A DNA stretch of 55,091 bases, taken from the NCBI GenBank assembly GCA_035275205.1, contig DATENE010000063.1, positions 1-55,091 of the forward strand. The letters are read 5' to 3'. Positions within the stretch are counted from its first letter, which is position 1; each line of letters starts with the position of its first letter. The notes beneath the pieces were generated by a model. The model ran no database searches. It was not told the DNA's origin and was given only the letters and a program-made list of their open reading frames with translations. This document shows positions 7,616 through 16,828 of this stretch, piece after piece. The translations under genes and the position numbers were made by a program. Origin of the DNA: Nitrospiraceae bacterium. Lineage in GTDB: Bacteria; Nitrospirota; Nitrospiria; Nitrospirales; Nitrospiraceae.

Positions 7616-8917
7616 ATGCTACTTCCTCATGCCTACCGAAACGGCTCGATGAAAACAGTATCGTTTTTCCAAATTCTTGTGAACCGGCGCATCGGCATCA
7701 TGTTGCCCTTGGGCTTTGCCTCGGGGTTGCCATTAGCTCTCACAGCCGGGACGCTCCAGGCATGGTTGACAGTTGTCGGGCTCGACTTGAAGACCATCGG
7801 CATCTTTACGCTCGTCGGTCTCCCGTACACCCTGAAATTCCTGTGGGCCCCATTGATGGATCGTGTGGTCCCTCCCTGGCTGGGACGTCGGCGTGGATGG
7901 ATGCTGGTGATGCAGTTCTGTGTCGCGATCGGCTTGGCAGCTATGGCGTTGACTGGCCCTGGTCAGCGTCCGGAAATACTCGGGATCCTGGCTCTCGTGG
8001 TGGCCTTCCTCTCTGCGTCGCTCGACATTGTCCTCGACGCCTATCGGACCGATGTGCTCTTACGTCCTGAACGGGGATTCGGGGCTGCTTTGTGGGTAAA
8101 TGGCTATCGATGTGCGCTGTTGCTTGCAAGCGCTGGCGCCCTCGTGTTGGCCGATCATATTGGATGGCAAAACACCTACTTGCTGCTTGCCGCATTAATG
8201 GCGGCAGGAATTATCACTATTTTCGTCAGTCCGGAACCGTCAGAGCCAAGTGCCGTGCCGGCAAGTCTGGCCGAAGCGATTGGTGGACCGCTGAAAGAAT
8301 TCTTTGCGCGTCCAGGGGTAGTCGGGCTCCTCGCCCTCATTGTCCTCTATAAAGTTGGAGACGCCGTTGCGGCGTCGCTGCAAACGGCGTTTCTTATCGG
8401 AGGAATGGGTTTCTCCGTCAGCGAGGTCGGGTATGTGAAGGGTTTAGGGATCGGAGCCACACTCATTGGCGCATTGGTCGGGGGTATCGCAATGGCCAAG
8501 CTCGGGATGGTCCGGTCGTTACTGTTTTTTGGTATCTTGCAAGCGGTCTCAAACTTGGGATTTATGTGGCTCGCCTGGATAGGCAAGAGTTACGCGGCGC
8601 TCACGACGTCGATTCTTGTCGAGAATGTGACTGGTGGCATGGGCACCGTAGCGTTTGTCGCCCTGATCATGTCGCTGTGCGACCATCGCTATACCGCAAC
8701 CCAGTTTGCACTGCTGTCTTCTCTGGAAGCGCTCGGTCGAGTCTTCTCCGGTCGTCCGTCGGCCGAGTTGGTCGAAATGGTCGGCTGGGCACAGTTTTTC
8801 TTCTGGTCGTTTCTGGTCGCGCTACCCGGTATCTGGCTGGTGTGGGCCCTCCGCGCGAAGTTGCGTCATGAAGCCGGTCGAGATGCGACTGCGGGAGCAG
8901 GCTCAGACGATCTATGA
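7616..8917 (+). CDS. ampG: AmpG-family MFS muropeptide permease
   Basis: Strong colinear resemblance to E. coli AmpG: GFASGLPLALTAGTLQAWLTV..DLKTIG, LKFLWAPLMDR, GRRRGWML, LYKVGDA, TQFALLS. The start could instead be the Met at 7649 (MKTVSFF). Confidence 0.85.
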   Translation: MLLPHAYRNGSMKTVSFFQILVNRRIGIMLPLGFASGLPLALTAGTLQAWLTVVGLDLKTIGIFTLVGLPYTLKFLWAPLMDRVVPPWLGRRRGWMLVMQFCVAIGLAAMALTGPGQRPEILGILALVVAFLSASLDIVLDAYRTDVLLRPERGFGAALWVNGYRCALLLASAGALVLADHIGWQNTYLLLAALMAAGIITIFVSPEPSEPSAVPASLAEAIGGPLKEFFARPGVVGLLALIVLYKVGDAVAASLQTAFLIGGMGFSVSEVGYVKGLGIGATLIGALVGGIAMAKLGMVRSLLFFGILQAVSNLGFMWLAWIGKSYAALTTSILVENVTGGMGTVAFVALIMSLCDHRYTATQFALLSSLEALGRVFSGRPSAELVEMVGWAQFFFWSFLVALPGIWLVWALRAKLRHEAGRDATAGAGSDDL

Positions 8918-9208
8918 CGGCTGTATGCGGCGCTGGAGGAACAAGACGAACAGCATTAATGTCGGAAGGGGCGCGAGGACAAAGGGAATAAGCCAAACCC
9001 AGAAATTTTTCCCTCGCATGCGGGCTTGATCGATCATCCAGACAAAGATCCACACAATCAAGCCAAGATAGTTGAGGGCCATCCAGCGTGTGGTATGAAG
9101 CTTGAGGACACTCGTGCTGTCAGGAGATGCGTCGAAAAGAAAGATTCCCAGCATGAGCACAAATAGTCCCAATAAGGTTGCGACAAGGCGTTTGCTCCAG
9201 ACAAACAT
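8912..9208 (-). CDS. Small integral membrane protein (possibly PLDc_N-like)
   Basis: Start set at ATG 9208 (MFVWSKRL...), with GAGGAGG 5 nt upstream; the track ORF extends to 9358. Three hydrophobic segments. The WMIDQARMRGKNFWVWLIPF pattern recalls PLD N-terminal membrane domains, but this is a weak call. Convergent 6-nt overlap with the ampG end. Confidence 0.6.
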   Translation of the reverse strand: MFVWSKRLVATLLGLFVLMLGIFLFDASPDSTSVLKLHTTRWMALNYLGLIVWIFVWMIDQARMRGKNFWVWLIPFVLAPLPTLMLFVLFLQRRIQPS

Positions 9209-9373
9209 GTAAGCCTCCTCATACAAACGATATGAGCAGCGTGGTTGCCGCAACAGACTTGCCGAGCGTAGGCTAATCATCCGGCAGTTGTTTGTCAAAG
9301 GGGCTTGCGCGTCTCGATCTCCCTGGGGCCTGTTGCGACGGGGTTCAACAGTAATCAATCTAAGGGGCCTGAT

Positions 9374-9745
9374 ATGAGCCTCCTGCGCTTAAGTCTGGTT
9401 GTGGCGGCCTTGGCTGTGAGTGTGGTCCTGGCACTGACGAATCCCACCACCGATCAATATCTGGGATTCGTGCAAGGCGAACTCACCAAGGCGATAGATC
9501 GAATGGATCAATCCGCTCCCGAACGGGAAGGAGCGGTGGTCAAAAGTATCTTTCGAAGGCATAGCCAAGAGTTGCTCAATAGCATGGTGCGTCCTCATAC
9601 CATGCGTCAAAATTGGGGAATCCTCAGCCGGTTTGAAACAACGGTACTGGGTACGAAGGTCGTGGTTATCGGCATCGGCAACCAATTCATTCCCATTGAG
9701 GGAGTAGATGAAGCCGTACTGACTCTCGGGCGTCGTGTATTTTAA
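9374..9745 (+). CDS. Hypothetical membrane-anchored protein, DUF4359-like
   Basis: Start set at ATG 9374 (MSLLRLSLVVAALAVSVVLALTNP...), after AAGGGG. N-terminal TM helix followed by TNPTTDQY, and C-terminal VIGIGNQF. The family name is from memory. Competes with minus ORF 9389..9868. Confidence 0.5.
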   Translation: MSLLRLSLVVAALAVSVVLALTNPTTDQYLGFVQGELTKAIDRMDQSAPEREGAVVKSIFRRHSQELLNSMVRPHTMRQNWGILSRFETTVLGTKVVVIGIGNQFIPIEGVDEAVLTLGRRVF

Positions 9746-9890
9746 TTCTTGTCTAAAAGCATCTCTTGACCGCGTAATGTAGGTTGTTTCGACCATAGTT
9801 CTGTGGATAAGTCGGTCTAAATTCCAGAAAGTTGGCGTTTCCCAATCGTTCGCGGTTATCCACAGCATTTCCTCAGTTTCCCCAGCCGAA

Positions 9891-9938
9891 CCACTACATT
9901 TGGTATTGACAATTCATCCAGATCGCTATATGTAGATA
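9891..9938 (+). promoter_or_regulatory. Candidate tandem NrdR boxes upstream of nrdJ
   Basis: Box 1 CCACTACATTTGGTAT (9891-9906) and box 2 TCGCTATATGTAGATA (9923-9938). Both fit the remembered core CwAnAtnTwG (box 2 in 10/10 specified positions, box 1 with one mismatch). Centre-to-centre spacing is 32 bp. They overlap the promoter hexamers listed next. Confidence 0.45.
9906..9934 (+). promoter_or_regulatory. Putative sigma70-type promoter of nrdJ
   Basis: TTGACA at 9906-9911. Downstream A/T-rich candidates for the -10 are TATATG at 15-bp spacing or TATGTA at 17 bp. This would give a leader of about 140 nt before GTG 10079. Confidence 0.4.
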
Positions 9939-10078
9939 GCCCTTGGTGGATTGATCAGCCAAGCAGCAAAAACCAGGGCGCTCAAAGCACATCCCATATT
10001 GATATTGAAGACAGACTGTTCCTGTTTGGGGCCGAAAGCAGTCCCGTACCAATTACTCAGACTGGGGGAGGGAAAATC

Positions 10079-13000
10079 GTGAGAATAGAACGCCGATTTA
10101 CACGTCGCGGGCAGAGCCCCTATGAAAACCTGCCATTTGTGAAACGTTCGTCGGAAATTCGTAATCCCGACGGATCGACCGTGTTTAAGTTGGAAAACAT
10201 CGACATTCCCGAGCCCTGGTCCCAGCTCGCAATCGATATTCTCGCCCAGAAATACTTCCGGAAAGCCGGAGTGCCGCAGCGAGATGAGCAGGGGAATCCG
10301 ATCGTCGGGCCGGATGGCAAGGCGCAATTGGGAGGAGAGCGTGACTCCCGGCAAGTGTTTGAACGGCTCGCCGGTTGTTGGACATCCTGGGGGAAGAATT
10401 TCGGTTATTTTAAGACCCCGGAAGATTCCGATGCCTTCCATGATGAGCTTTGTTACATGCTCGCGCATCAGATGGCCGCGCCCAATTCTCCTCAGTGGTT
10501 TAATACGGGGCTTCACTATGCCTATGGACTTTCAGGGCCCGCACAAGGGCATTTTTATGTCGATCCCAAGACTCGTGAAGTCGTCAAAGCCACCAATGCG
10601 TTTGAGCACCCGCAACCGCATGCCTGCTTTATCCAGTCCGTCGATGACGACTTGGTCGGCGACGGCGGCATCATGGACCTCTGGGTGAGGGAAGCGCGCC
10701 TGTTTAAATACGGATCGGGGACCGGTACCAACTTTTCAAAACTTCGCGGCGATGCCGAGCCATTGTCCGGCGGCGGTCGCTCGTCCGGACTGATGTCTTT
10801 CCTTCGCATCGGCGATCGAGCAGCCGGTGCCATTAAGTCCGGTGGGACGACCAGACGGGCTGCCAAAATGGTTTGTCTCGATTTGAATCACCCGGACATT
10901 GAAGAATTTATCAATTGGAAAGTGGTGGAAGAGCAAAAAGTTGCCGCCATGGTGACCGGTTCGAAAATCTGCGCACAGCGCCTCAATGATGTCCTCAAAG
11001 CCTGCCACGTCGTCGATGTCGCCGGTCAGATGAAAATCGAGATCGATCCCAAGCAGAACCCGATCCTCAAGGAAGCCTTGGCCGCTGCTCGACGGGATGC
11101 AGTTCCAGAGGCCTACGTCCAGCGAATGTATTCCTACGCGCAGCAAGGGTTCACACATTTTGTGTTTCACGAATACGACACGAATTGGGACGGCAAGGCC
11201 TACCAAACGGTATCCGGCCAGAACTCAAACAACAGCGTGCGTATTCCCAATCATTTTTTTGCGGCGTTGGAGGCGGACAGCGATTGGCAACTCACGCGAC
11301 GGATCGACGGCAAAGTCACCAAGACCATCAAAGCGCGGGATCTCTGGGATCAGATTGCTTGGGCCGCCTGGATTTGCGCAGATCCCGGTACGCAGTACGA
11401 TACCACCATCAACGAATGGCATACCTGTCCGGAGGACGGCCGTATCAATGCCTCCAATCCTTGCTCTGAATACATGTTCCTCGATGATACGGCATGCAAT
11501 TTGGCTTCGCTCAACCTCGGCCAATTCTTCTCGACCGACGCCCAATTTGAGTTGGAGAATTTCCGGCACGCCGTGCGCCTCTGGACGATCGTACTGGAAA
11601 TTAGCGTACTCATGGCTTCGTTTCCCAGCCGCGCGATTGCCGAGAAGAGTTTTGAGTTCCGAACACTGGGGCTTGGCTATGCCAATTTAGGTACGGTGCT
11701 GATGCGGCAGGGCATTCCGTACGATTCTCCCAAAGCGCTGGCCATCTGTGGTGCGTTAACCTCCATCATGACCGGCGAGTCCTATGCCACATCTGCAGAA
11801 ATGGCCGCAGAACTGTGGCCCTTCCCGGGCTATGCTAAAAACCGCGAAGCCATGTTGCGCGTCATCCGTAATCACCGGCGAGCCTCATACAATGCCGCTT
11901 CGGAAGAATATGAAGGCTTGACGATTACACCGAAAGGGATTCAGCCAGAGCATTGTCCGCCCGACTTGCTCATGGCGGCGCGTCGTGCCTGGGACCGTGC
12001 CCTGGAATTGGGGACGGCCTATGGATATCGCAATGCGCAGGTCACGGTGATTGCGCCTACGGGCACGATCGGACTCGTGATGGATTGCGATACGACGGGT
12101 ATCGAGCCGGATTTCGCGCTCGTCAAATTCAAAAAGCTGGCTGGCGGTGGCTATTTCAAGATCATCAATCAAAGCATACCCGCTGCACTTAAAACTTTGG
12201 AGTATACCGAGCCTCAAATTCAAGACATCGTGAACTATTGCGTGGGTCGGCAAACCTTGCAGACCGCGCCGTTCATCAACCATGAGACGCTGAGACAGAA
12301 GGGGTTCGACGACGCCGCGCTTGCGCGAATGGAAACCGGTTTGTCCCAGGCCTTCGAGATTCAATTTACGTTTAATAAGTATGCGCTGGGGGAGAATTTC
12401 TGCCGAGAGAAGTTGGGGTTGACCGACGCACAATTGAATGAATCAAACTTCAACATGCTGAAAGCGCTGGGATTTACACAGGAGGAAATCGCCGCTGCCA
12501 ACGATTATTGCTGCGGTACCATGACGGTGGAAGGGGCTCCGCATCTCAAAGTTGAGCATCTTTCGAACTTCGATTGTGCCAATCGCTGCGGCCGGATCGG
12601 ACAGCGATATATCGCCGTCGACGCGCATATTCGCATGATGGCGGCGGCGCAACCATTCATCAGCGGCGCCATCAGCAAAACGATCAACATGCCGGCTGAT
12701 GCGACGCTGGAAGAAGTGAAATCGGCCTATTTGTTCGCCTGGAAGAGCATGGTCAAGGCTGTGGCGCTGTATCGCGACGGCTCGAAGTTGAGCCAGCCGT
12801 TGTCGGCTTCAACAGACAGCGGCAAGACCGTCGAAGCGTCGTCCGAAATATTGTCGATTGCAGAAAAGATTACAGAACGAGTGTTGGTACGGTACCTGGC
12901 AAAGCGCCGACCGCTTCCGGCCAGACGCAATGGGTACACACAGAAAGCCGTCGTCGGGGGGCACAAGCTCTATCTGCGCACAGGTGAGTATGAGGATGGC

Positions 13001-13624
13001 ACGTGCGGCGAAATCTTTCTCGATATGCACAAGGAAGGTGCCGCGTTCCGCAGCCTCATGAACTGTTTCGCCATTGCGATTTCACTGGGTCTCCAACATG
13101 GCGTTCCGCTGGAGGAGTTTGTTGAAGCCTTCGTGTTTACCCGCTTCGAGCCGAACGGGCCGGTCAAATTAAACGACCGTATCAAGATGTCCACTTCGAT
13201 CATCGATTATATATTCCGAGAGCTTGCCGTGACCTATCTTGACCGCTATGACTTGGCGCAGGTTCAGGAAGAGGATCTTCGAATGGATTCCGTCAAAATG
13301 GACGAGCAAGATCCTGAATGTGTGGAGGAGGAAGCCACTCCGGAAACACTGGCTTCGTCCTCCATCAGTACAGAAATGTTTCCTGCGCGACGCGGGGCAA
13401 TTCCGCGTCATAAGGGCAACGGTCACGGAAATGGAAACGGGAATGGGAACGTCGCCCATACCGTCGAATTGAAGCGTGAAACGCTGACGCTGACCGCTAT
13501 TCAGGTGGCGCGCCAAAAGGGCTATGAGGGAGATCCCTGCACCGAGTGTAAGCAGTTCACCATGGTGCGAAACGGGACTTGCCTCAAGTGTGATACCTGC
13601 GGCACCACGAGCGGTTGCTCATAA
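10079..13624 (+). CDS. nrdJ: Class II (adenosylcobalamin-dependent) ribonucleotide reductase
   Basis: 1181 aa. GTG start after GGGGGAGGG. N-terminus [17 protein letters not shown], active-site NPCSEY, TGTIGL, C-terminal Cys-rich tail [13 protein letters not shown]. No HN[CST] intein junction seen. Confidence 0.95.
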   Translation: MRIERRFTRRGQSPYENLPFVKRSSEIRNPDGSTVFKLENIDIPEPWSQLAIDILAQKYFRKAGVPQRDEQGNPIVGPDGKAQLGGERDSRQVFERLAGCWTSWGKNFGYFKTPEDSDAFHDELCYMLAHQMAAPNSPQWFNTGLHYAYGLSGPAQGHFYVDPKTREVVKATNAFEHPQPHACFIQSVDDDLVGDGGIMDLWVREARLFKYGSGTGTNFSKLRGDAEPLSGGGRSSGLMSFLRIGDRAAGAIKSGGTTRRAAKMVCLDLNHPDIEEFINWKVVEEQKVAAMVTGSKICAQRLNDVLKACHVVDVAGQMKIEIDPKQNPILKEALAAARRDAVPEAYVQRMYSYAQQGFTHFVFHEYDTNWDGKAYQTVSGQNSNNSVRIPNHFFAALEADSDWQLTRRIDGKVTKTIKARDLWDQIAWAAWICADPGTQYDTTINEWHTCPEDGRINASNPCSEYMFLDDTACNLASLNLGQFFSTDAQFELENFRHAVRLWTIVLEISVLMASFPSRAIAEKSFEFRTLGLGYANLGTVLMRQGIPYDSPKALAICGALTSIMTGESYATSAEMAAELWPFPGYAKNREAMLRVIRNHRRASYNAASEEYEGLTITPKGIQPEHCPPDLLMAARRAWDRALELGTAYGYRNAQVTVIAPTGTIGLVMDCDTTGIEPDFALVKFKKLAGGGYFKIINQSIPAALKTLEYTEPQIQDIVNYCVGRQTLQTAPFINHETLRQKGFDDAALARMETGLSQAFEIQFTFNKYALGENFCREKLGLTDAQLNESNFNMLKALGFTQEEIAAANDYCCGTMTVEGAPHLKVEHLSNFDCANRCGRIGQRYIAVDAHIRMMAAAQPFISGAISKTINMPADATLEEVKSAYLFAWKSMVKAVALYRDGSKLSQPLSASTDSGKTVEASSEILSIAEKITERVLVRYLAKRRPLPARRNGYTQKAVVGGHKLYLRTGEYEDGTCGEIFLDMHKEGAAFRSLMNCFAIAISLGLQHGVPLEEFVEAFVFTRFEPNGPVKLNDRIKMSTSIIDYIFRELAVTYLDRYDLAQVQEEDLRMDSVKMDEQDPECVEEEATPETLASSSISTEMFPARRGAIPRHKGNGHGNGNGNGNVAHTVELKRETLTLTAIQVARQKGYEGDPCTECKQFTMVRNGTCLKCDTCGTTSGCS

Positions 13625-13637
13625 GAGGGAAGACTCA

Positions 13638-14045
13638 ATGAGTACGGTGCTTCGCGAGCAAGGGATTGTCACAGTTCACGATCAGGTCGTGAGTCTTGTC
13701 GCGCAGCGATGGGCGAAGGCGTTTCATTGTAAGGTCACGATTCACACCAGTCTTGAGGAGAATCCCTGGGCTGATCCCCGGCAACAGTGCGACATCATCG
13801 GATGGCAGGTGAGTCCAGCCGGCAAAAAGATCGAATGGATGGCTGAGGTGGAAACCGATGATTCGATCAGAAATGTCGCAACCGTTTCAGAATGGAAAGA
13901 GACGGTTGTGCAAGGCATCCCATTCTATTTGCTCGTGCCTCGCGGCCTCAAGGAGTCGGTACAGAAGATGGCAGGGGACGCTTCGGTTCCCATTAGCGGT
14001 ATTTACGAGTACACATTTGTGAATGGTTTATGTCAGGTGCGCTAA
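13638..14045 (+). CDS. Hypothetical protein, possibly restriction-endonuclease-like fold
   Basis: Start set at ATG 13638 (MSTVLREQG...), after AGAGGGAAG, 13 nt after the nrdJ stop; the track ORF starts inside nrdJ at 13524. CDIIGW ... AEVETDD is reminiscent of a D...ExK-type core, but the Lys is not evident. Confidence 0.6.
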   Translation: MSTVLREQGIVTVHDQVVSLVAQRWAKAFHCKVTIHTSLEENPWADPRQQCDIIGWQVSPAGKKIEWMAEVETDDSIRNVATVSEWKETVVQGIPFYLLVPRGLKESVQKMAGDASVPISGIYEYTFVNGLCQVR

Positions 14046-14141
14046 CCGGCGCCTGCTTAACACAGTTGACTCATCCTCATCGGTGCAGGCCTTGGTTTCG
14101 ATAGAACCGAATCACATGCCCCACGCCACGGAGTAACGCCC

Positions 14142-14552
14142 ATGCCTACAACAACACAATTGGTGATTAGCGGACTAAGCAAGCCGGGTGTCTTGGCTCA
14201 AGTCGCTCAGGTTCTGGGAGAGGCGAATGTCAACATCAAGGCCTTTTCTGCTCCCGAAGTCGCCGGAACAGGAAAGTTAAGATTGTTAGTTGCGGATCTT
14301 GAAGAAGCTCGTACAGCACTGAAGGGTGCAGCGATCAAATTTACGGAGGAAACCGCCTTGCTGTTAAGCCTCGAAAACAAACCGGGGGCATTGAAAGAAG
14401 TCGCAGATCTGCTGAATAAGGCGCGCATCAATATTAAATGTGGCTACTGCACCCCGTCCCGCGAGGGGAAGCGCGCGATCGTGGTTCTGACGGTCTCAAA
14501 CACAGCGAAAGCACTTACCATCTTGCAGGATCAATCGCTCGATGAGTTCTAG
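14142..14552 (+). CDS. Tandem ACT-domain protein (small-molecule binding)
   Basis: 136 aa. Two repeats of the ACT-like pattern (SKPGVLAQVAQVLGEANVNI and NKPGALKEVADLLNKARINI). Confidence 0.8.
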   Translation: MPTTTQLVISGLSKPGVLAQVAQVLGEANVNIKAFSAPEVAGTGKLRLLVADLEEARTALKGAAIKFTEETALLLSLENKPGALKEVADLLNKARINIKCGYCTPSREGKRAIVVLTVSNTAKALTILQDQSLDEF

Positions 14553-14584
14553 TAGAATGCTGAAAAAGACCACACCCTACTAGA
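14548..14584 (+). repeat. 8-bp stem hairpin enclosing a solo type-1 terminus of the interspersed repeat family
   Basis: TCTAGTAG (14548-14555) pairs with CTACTAGA (14577-14584). The loop region contains GAATGCTGAAAAAGACC (14555-14571), a 15/17 match to GGATGCTGAAAAAGTCC at 24427. It spans from the ACT-gene stop codon to 2 nt before the rlpA ATG. Confidence 0.5.
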
Positions 14585-14585
14585 C

Positions 14586-15263
14586 ATGCCACGCAGAGCT
14601 CACGCCTCTTGGTCCCGCTACTCGACCCGTCTTCTCATACCTCTCATGGTCAGTGCCTTGGCCGCTTGCAGCGGCGCCCCTAAACCTACCTATTTCCCGG
14701 GCTATCCCATTGGCTTCGTCGAACGCGGGGTTGCTTCATGGTATGGCCCAGGATTTCACGGAAACAAAACAGCAAATGGCGAACGGTATGACATGCATCA
14801 GCTGACGGCGGCTCATCGGACTTTGCCACTCGGTTCTATTGCCGTCGTTCGTTCAATAAGTACTGGCCGACAGGTGACCGTCCGCATTAACGATCGCGGT
14901 CCCTTCGCCAGGGGGCGGGTACTTGACCTCTCACTCGCCGGGGCGCAGGCGCTGATGATAACTGGGGCAGGGACCGGTGAGATTGAGTTACGAGTGGTTG
15001 GGTACCAAGGTCGGACTGCCGAGATGGGGGTCTTGCGGGTGCAAGTCGGGTCTTTTTCCGATCAGCAGAATGCGCTCAACCTCTTGGAACGCGCGAAGCA
15101 GCTCTACTCAGGCGGCAGAATTCAGGTTGTCGATCTGCCGGAAGGAAAACGTTATCGAGTTCAAGTTGGCCAATTCTCCAGGGAAGCTCAGGCAGAAGCG
15201 GCCGCCTCCAACCTTGAGTCCTCCCTTGATCTCCAGGCCTTCGTATTTCGAGACGACTCATAA
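14586..15263 (+). CDS. rlpA: Septal ring lytic transglycosylase RlpA (DPBB plus SPOR)
   Basis: Lipobox LAACSG. DPBB motifs ASWYGPGFHGNKTANGERYD and VRINDRGPF. C-terminal SPOR-like repeats (VQVGSFSDQQNA, YRVQVGQFSREAQAE). Confidence 0.9.
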   Translation: MPRRAHASWSRYSTRLLIPLMVSALAACSGAPKPTYFPGYPIGFVERGVASWYGPGFHGNKTANGERYDMHQLTAAHRTLPLGSIAVVRSISTGRQVTVRINDRGPFARGRVLDLSLAGAQALMITGAGTGEIELRVVGYQGRTAEMGVLRVQVGSFSDQQNALNLLERAKQLYSGGRIQVVDLPEGKRYRVQVGQFSREAQAEAAASNLESSLDLQAFVFRDDS

Positions 15264-15547
15264 TATGCAAGTTTCAACCAGCTTACCTCTTTGAATTCCT
15301 CATATTTTCTGCGGACATAAAACGCAACTGCTTGAAATCGTGGCGTGTTTTCAGCGTATGCTTGCTCGCCATCCCGTCGTATGATACATCTACAGTCCAA
15401 TGGTTACAGGTCCGATAGGTCTCTACCAAGTGATTCGGTTCCACCAAATCGTGCATTGCCGGTTCAGGGCAATAGGGGACAACCCCTGGCCCCTCCGGTA
15501 TTCCAGACCGACCAGCACAGTCGGTTGCCTCTAATACAGTACAATTC

Positions 15548-16828
15548 ATGGATGTCCTAATCCTCTTAGGTCTTATTGTTCTTTCAGCTGTGATTTCCAC
15601 GGCAGAAATAGGTTTCTTTGCGGTCAACTCAACGAAACTGAAGGCGCTCGCCCAAACTGGGAATAAACGTGCGAAGCTAGCGCTCCATCTCCGTAGTGAC
15701 CCTCAAAAGCTTCTCTCCACTATTTTGGTCGGCGACCGTTTGATCGGCGTGGCGACCCCGATGTACGCCACCTTTCTCACTCTGAGCATTTATGGAGGCC
15801 AGACAATTCTTGACGAAGCGATTGCCGTGATGGTCGGTTTGCTGACGTTTGTCAGCTTGGTGGCCGTCGATGTAATCCCAAAGACACTCGCAGCCAAGTT
15901 TTCGGTTCCAGTGACTCTGAATATGGCCTATCCCGTTTACGGGGTTCAGCTGCTGCTCAAACCATTATTGTTTGTGATCGTACCGATGATCTATAAGCTC
16001 ACAGGAGGTAAAGGGCTCACGCTTCCTCTCGTCACTGAGGAAGAGTTGAAGATCATGCTGGATGAGGGGGGGAAGACCGGGACCATTGAGTTTGAAAAAG
16101 TGAAAATGATCAAGAACGTCTTTCAGTTGAAAGATATTACAGCTGAAGACGCAATGACCCCTCGTCTCTATGTTTTTTCATTGGATGGGAGCATGTGCCT
16201 GAAAGAGGCGCAGGAACTCCTGTATAACTCGAAATATTCGCGGATTCCTGTGTATGACGGGACGCTGGATAACATCACGGGGATTCTCTACAAGACGAGA
16301 GCCTTGACCGAACTCGCGAAGGGGCAGAATGAGTCGAAACTCAAGGACATTGCCTATCCTCCGCTGTTCGTTCCCTCAGGCAAGACGGCGGACGATCTTA
16401 TGAAGCAGTTTCAGCAGGAAAAACGGCATATGGCCGTCGTGGTAAACGAATTCGGCGGCGTGATGGGGATTGTCACGCTTGAAGATCTTCTCGAAGAAGT
16501 GGTCGGGGAGATCATGGACGAAACCGATATAACGGAAGAATTGATCAAACGGTTAGGGAAGAACCATATCCTTGTTCACAGTCGAACCGAAGTGCGCAAG
16601 GTTAACGACTTCCTGAAAGTCGATCTTGGCGATGAAGCGGTGACGATCGGTGGCCTTATTCAACAGGAGCTTGGTCGAATTCCCAAGGTTGGAGAAGAAG
16701 TCAGGATCGCCAACTGCCGAATTCTCATTCATGAAGCCGAGCCACGATCCATCCGCAGCGTTCAGATCTTTCGTGAAGAGAAAGCGCCGGCTCACGTCGA
16801 AACTCCGAATCTCGACCTTGTCAGCTAA
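15548..16828 (+). CDS. CNNM/CorB-type transporter (DUF21 TM domain, CBS pair, CorC_HlyC domain)
   Basis: 426 aa. N-terminal DUF21-style TM region (MDVLILLGLIVLSAVISTAEIGFFAV), central CBS pair, C-terminal CorC_HlyC-like segment (TIGGLIQQELGRIPKVGEEV). Confidence 0.9.
   Translation: MDVLILLGLIVLSAVISTAEIGFFAVNSTKLKALAQTGNKRAKLALHLRSDPQKLLSTILVGDRLIGVATPMYATFLTLSIYGGQTILDEAIAVMVGLLTFVSLVAVDVIPKTLAAKFSVPVTLNMAYPVYGVQLLLKPLLFVIVPMIYKLTGGKGLTLPLVTEEELKIMLDEGGKTGTIEFEKVKMIKNVFQLKDITAEDAMTPRLYVFSLDGSMCLKEAQELLYNSKYSRIPVYDGTLDNITGILYKTRALTELAKGQNESKLKDIAYPPLFVPSGKTADDLMKQFQQEKRHMAVVVNEFGGVMGIVTLEDLLEEVVGEIMDETDITEELIKRLGKNHILVHSRTEVRKVNDFLKVDLGDEAVTIGGLIQQELGRIPKVGEEVRIANCRILIHEAEPRSIRSVQIFREEKAPAHVETPNLDLVS

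Noticed and set aside
9389-9868. A 159-aa minus-strand ORF overlapping the DUF4359-like gene.
   Set aside because: The plus-strand ORF has an RBS, a clean N-terminal TM helix and family-like motifs. The minus ORF has no RBS, no hydrophobic or domain features, and would leave the plus frame unexplained. Residual uncertainty is reflected in the 0.5 confidence.
9746-10078. A possible cobalamin riboswitch in the ~330-nt region upstream of the B12-dependent nrdJ.
   Set aside because: I could not find a B12-box-like core or the expected multi-stem architecture. Biologically, B12 riboswitches normally repress B12-independent alternatives or B12 uptake and synthesis, not the B12-dependent enzyme. 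The NrdR-box reading fits better.
10079-13624. An intein or insertion explaining the large size (1181 aa) of NrdJ.
   Set aside because: The translation is continuous with RNR-like sequence. I found no HN[C/S/T] splice junction or homing-endonuclease-like block. Long NrdJ forms with C-terminal extensions are known.
15264-15547. A 284-nt leader before the CNNM/CorB-type transporter with several small hairpins (ATTGCC/GGCAAT, GGGG-ACAA-CCCC, ACCGAC/GTCGGT). Considered as an M-box or another metal riboswitch.
   Set aside because: I recognised no conserved M-box, yybP-ykoY or NiCo core motifs. The hairpins are short and could be chance. It needs cmscan before any claim. The overlapping ORFs 15283..15627 (-) and 15345..15560 (+) look non-coding.
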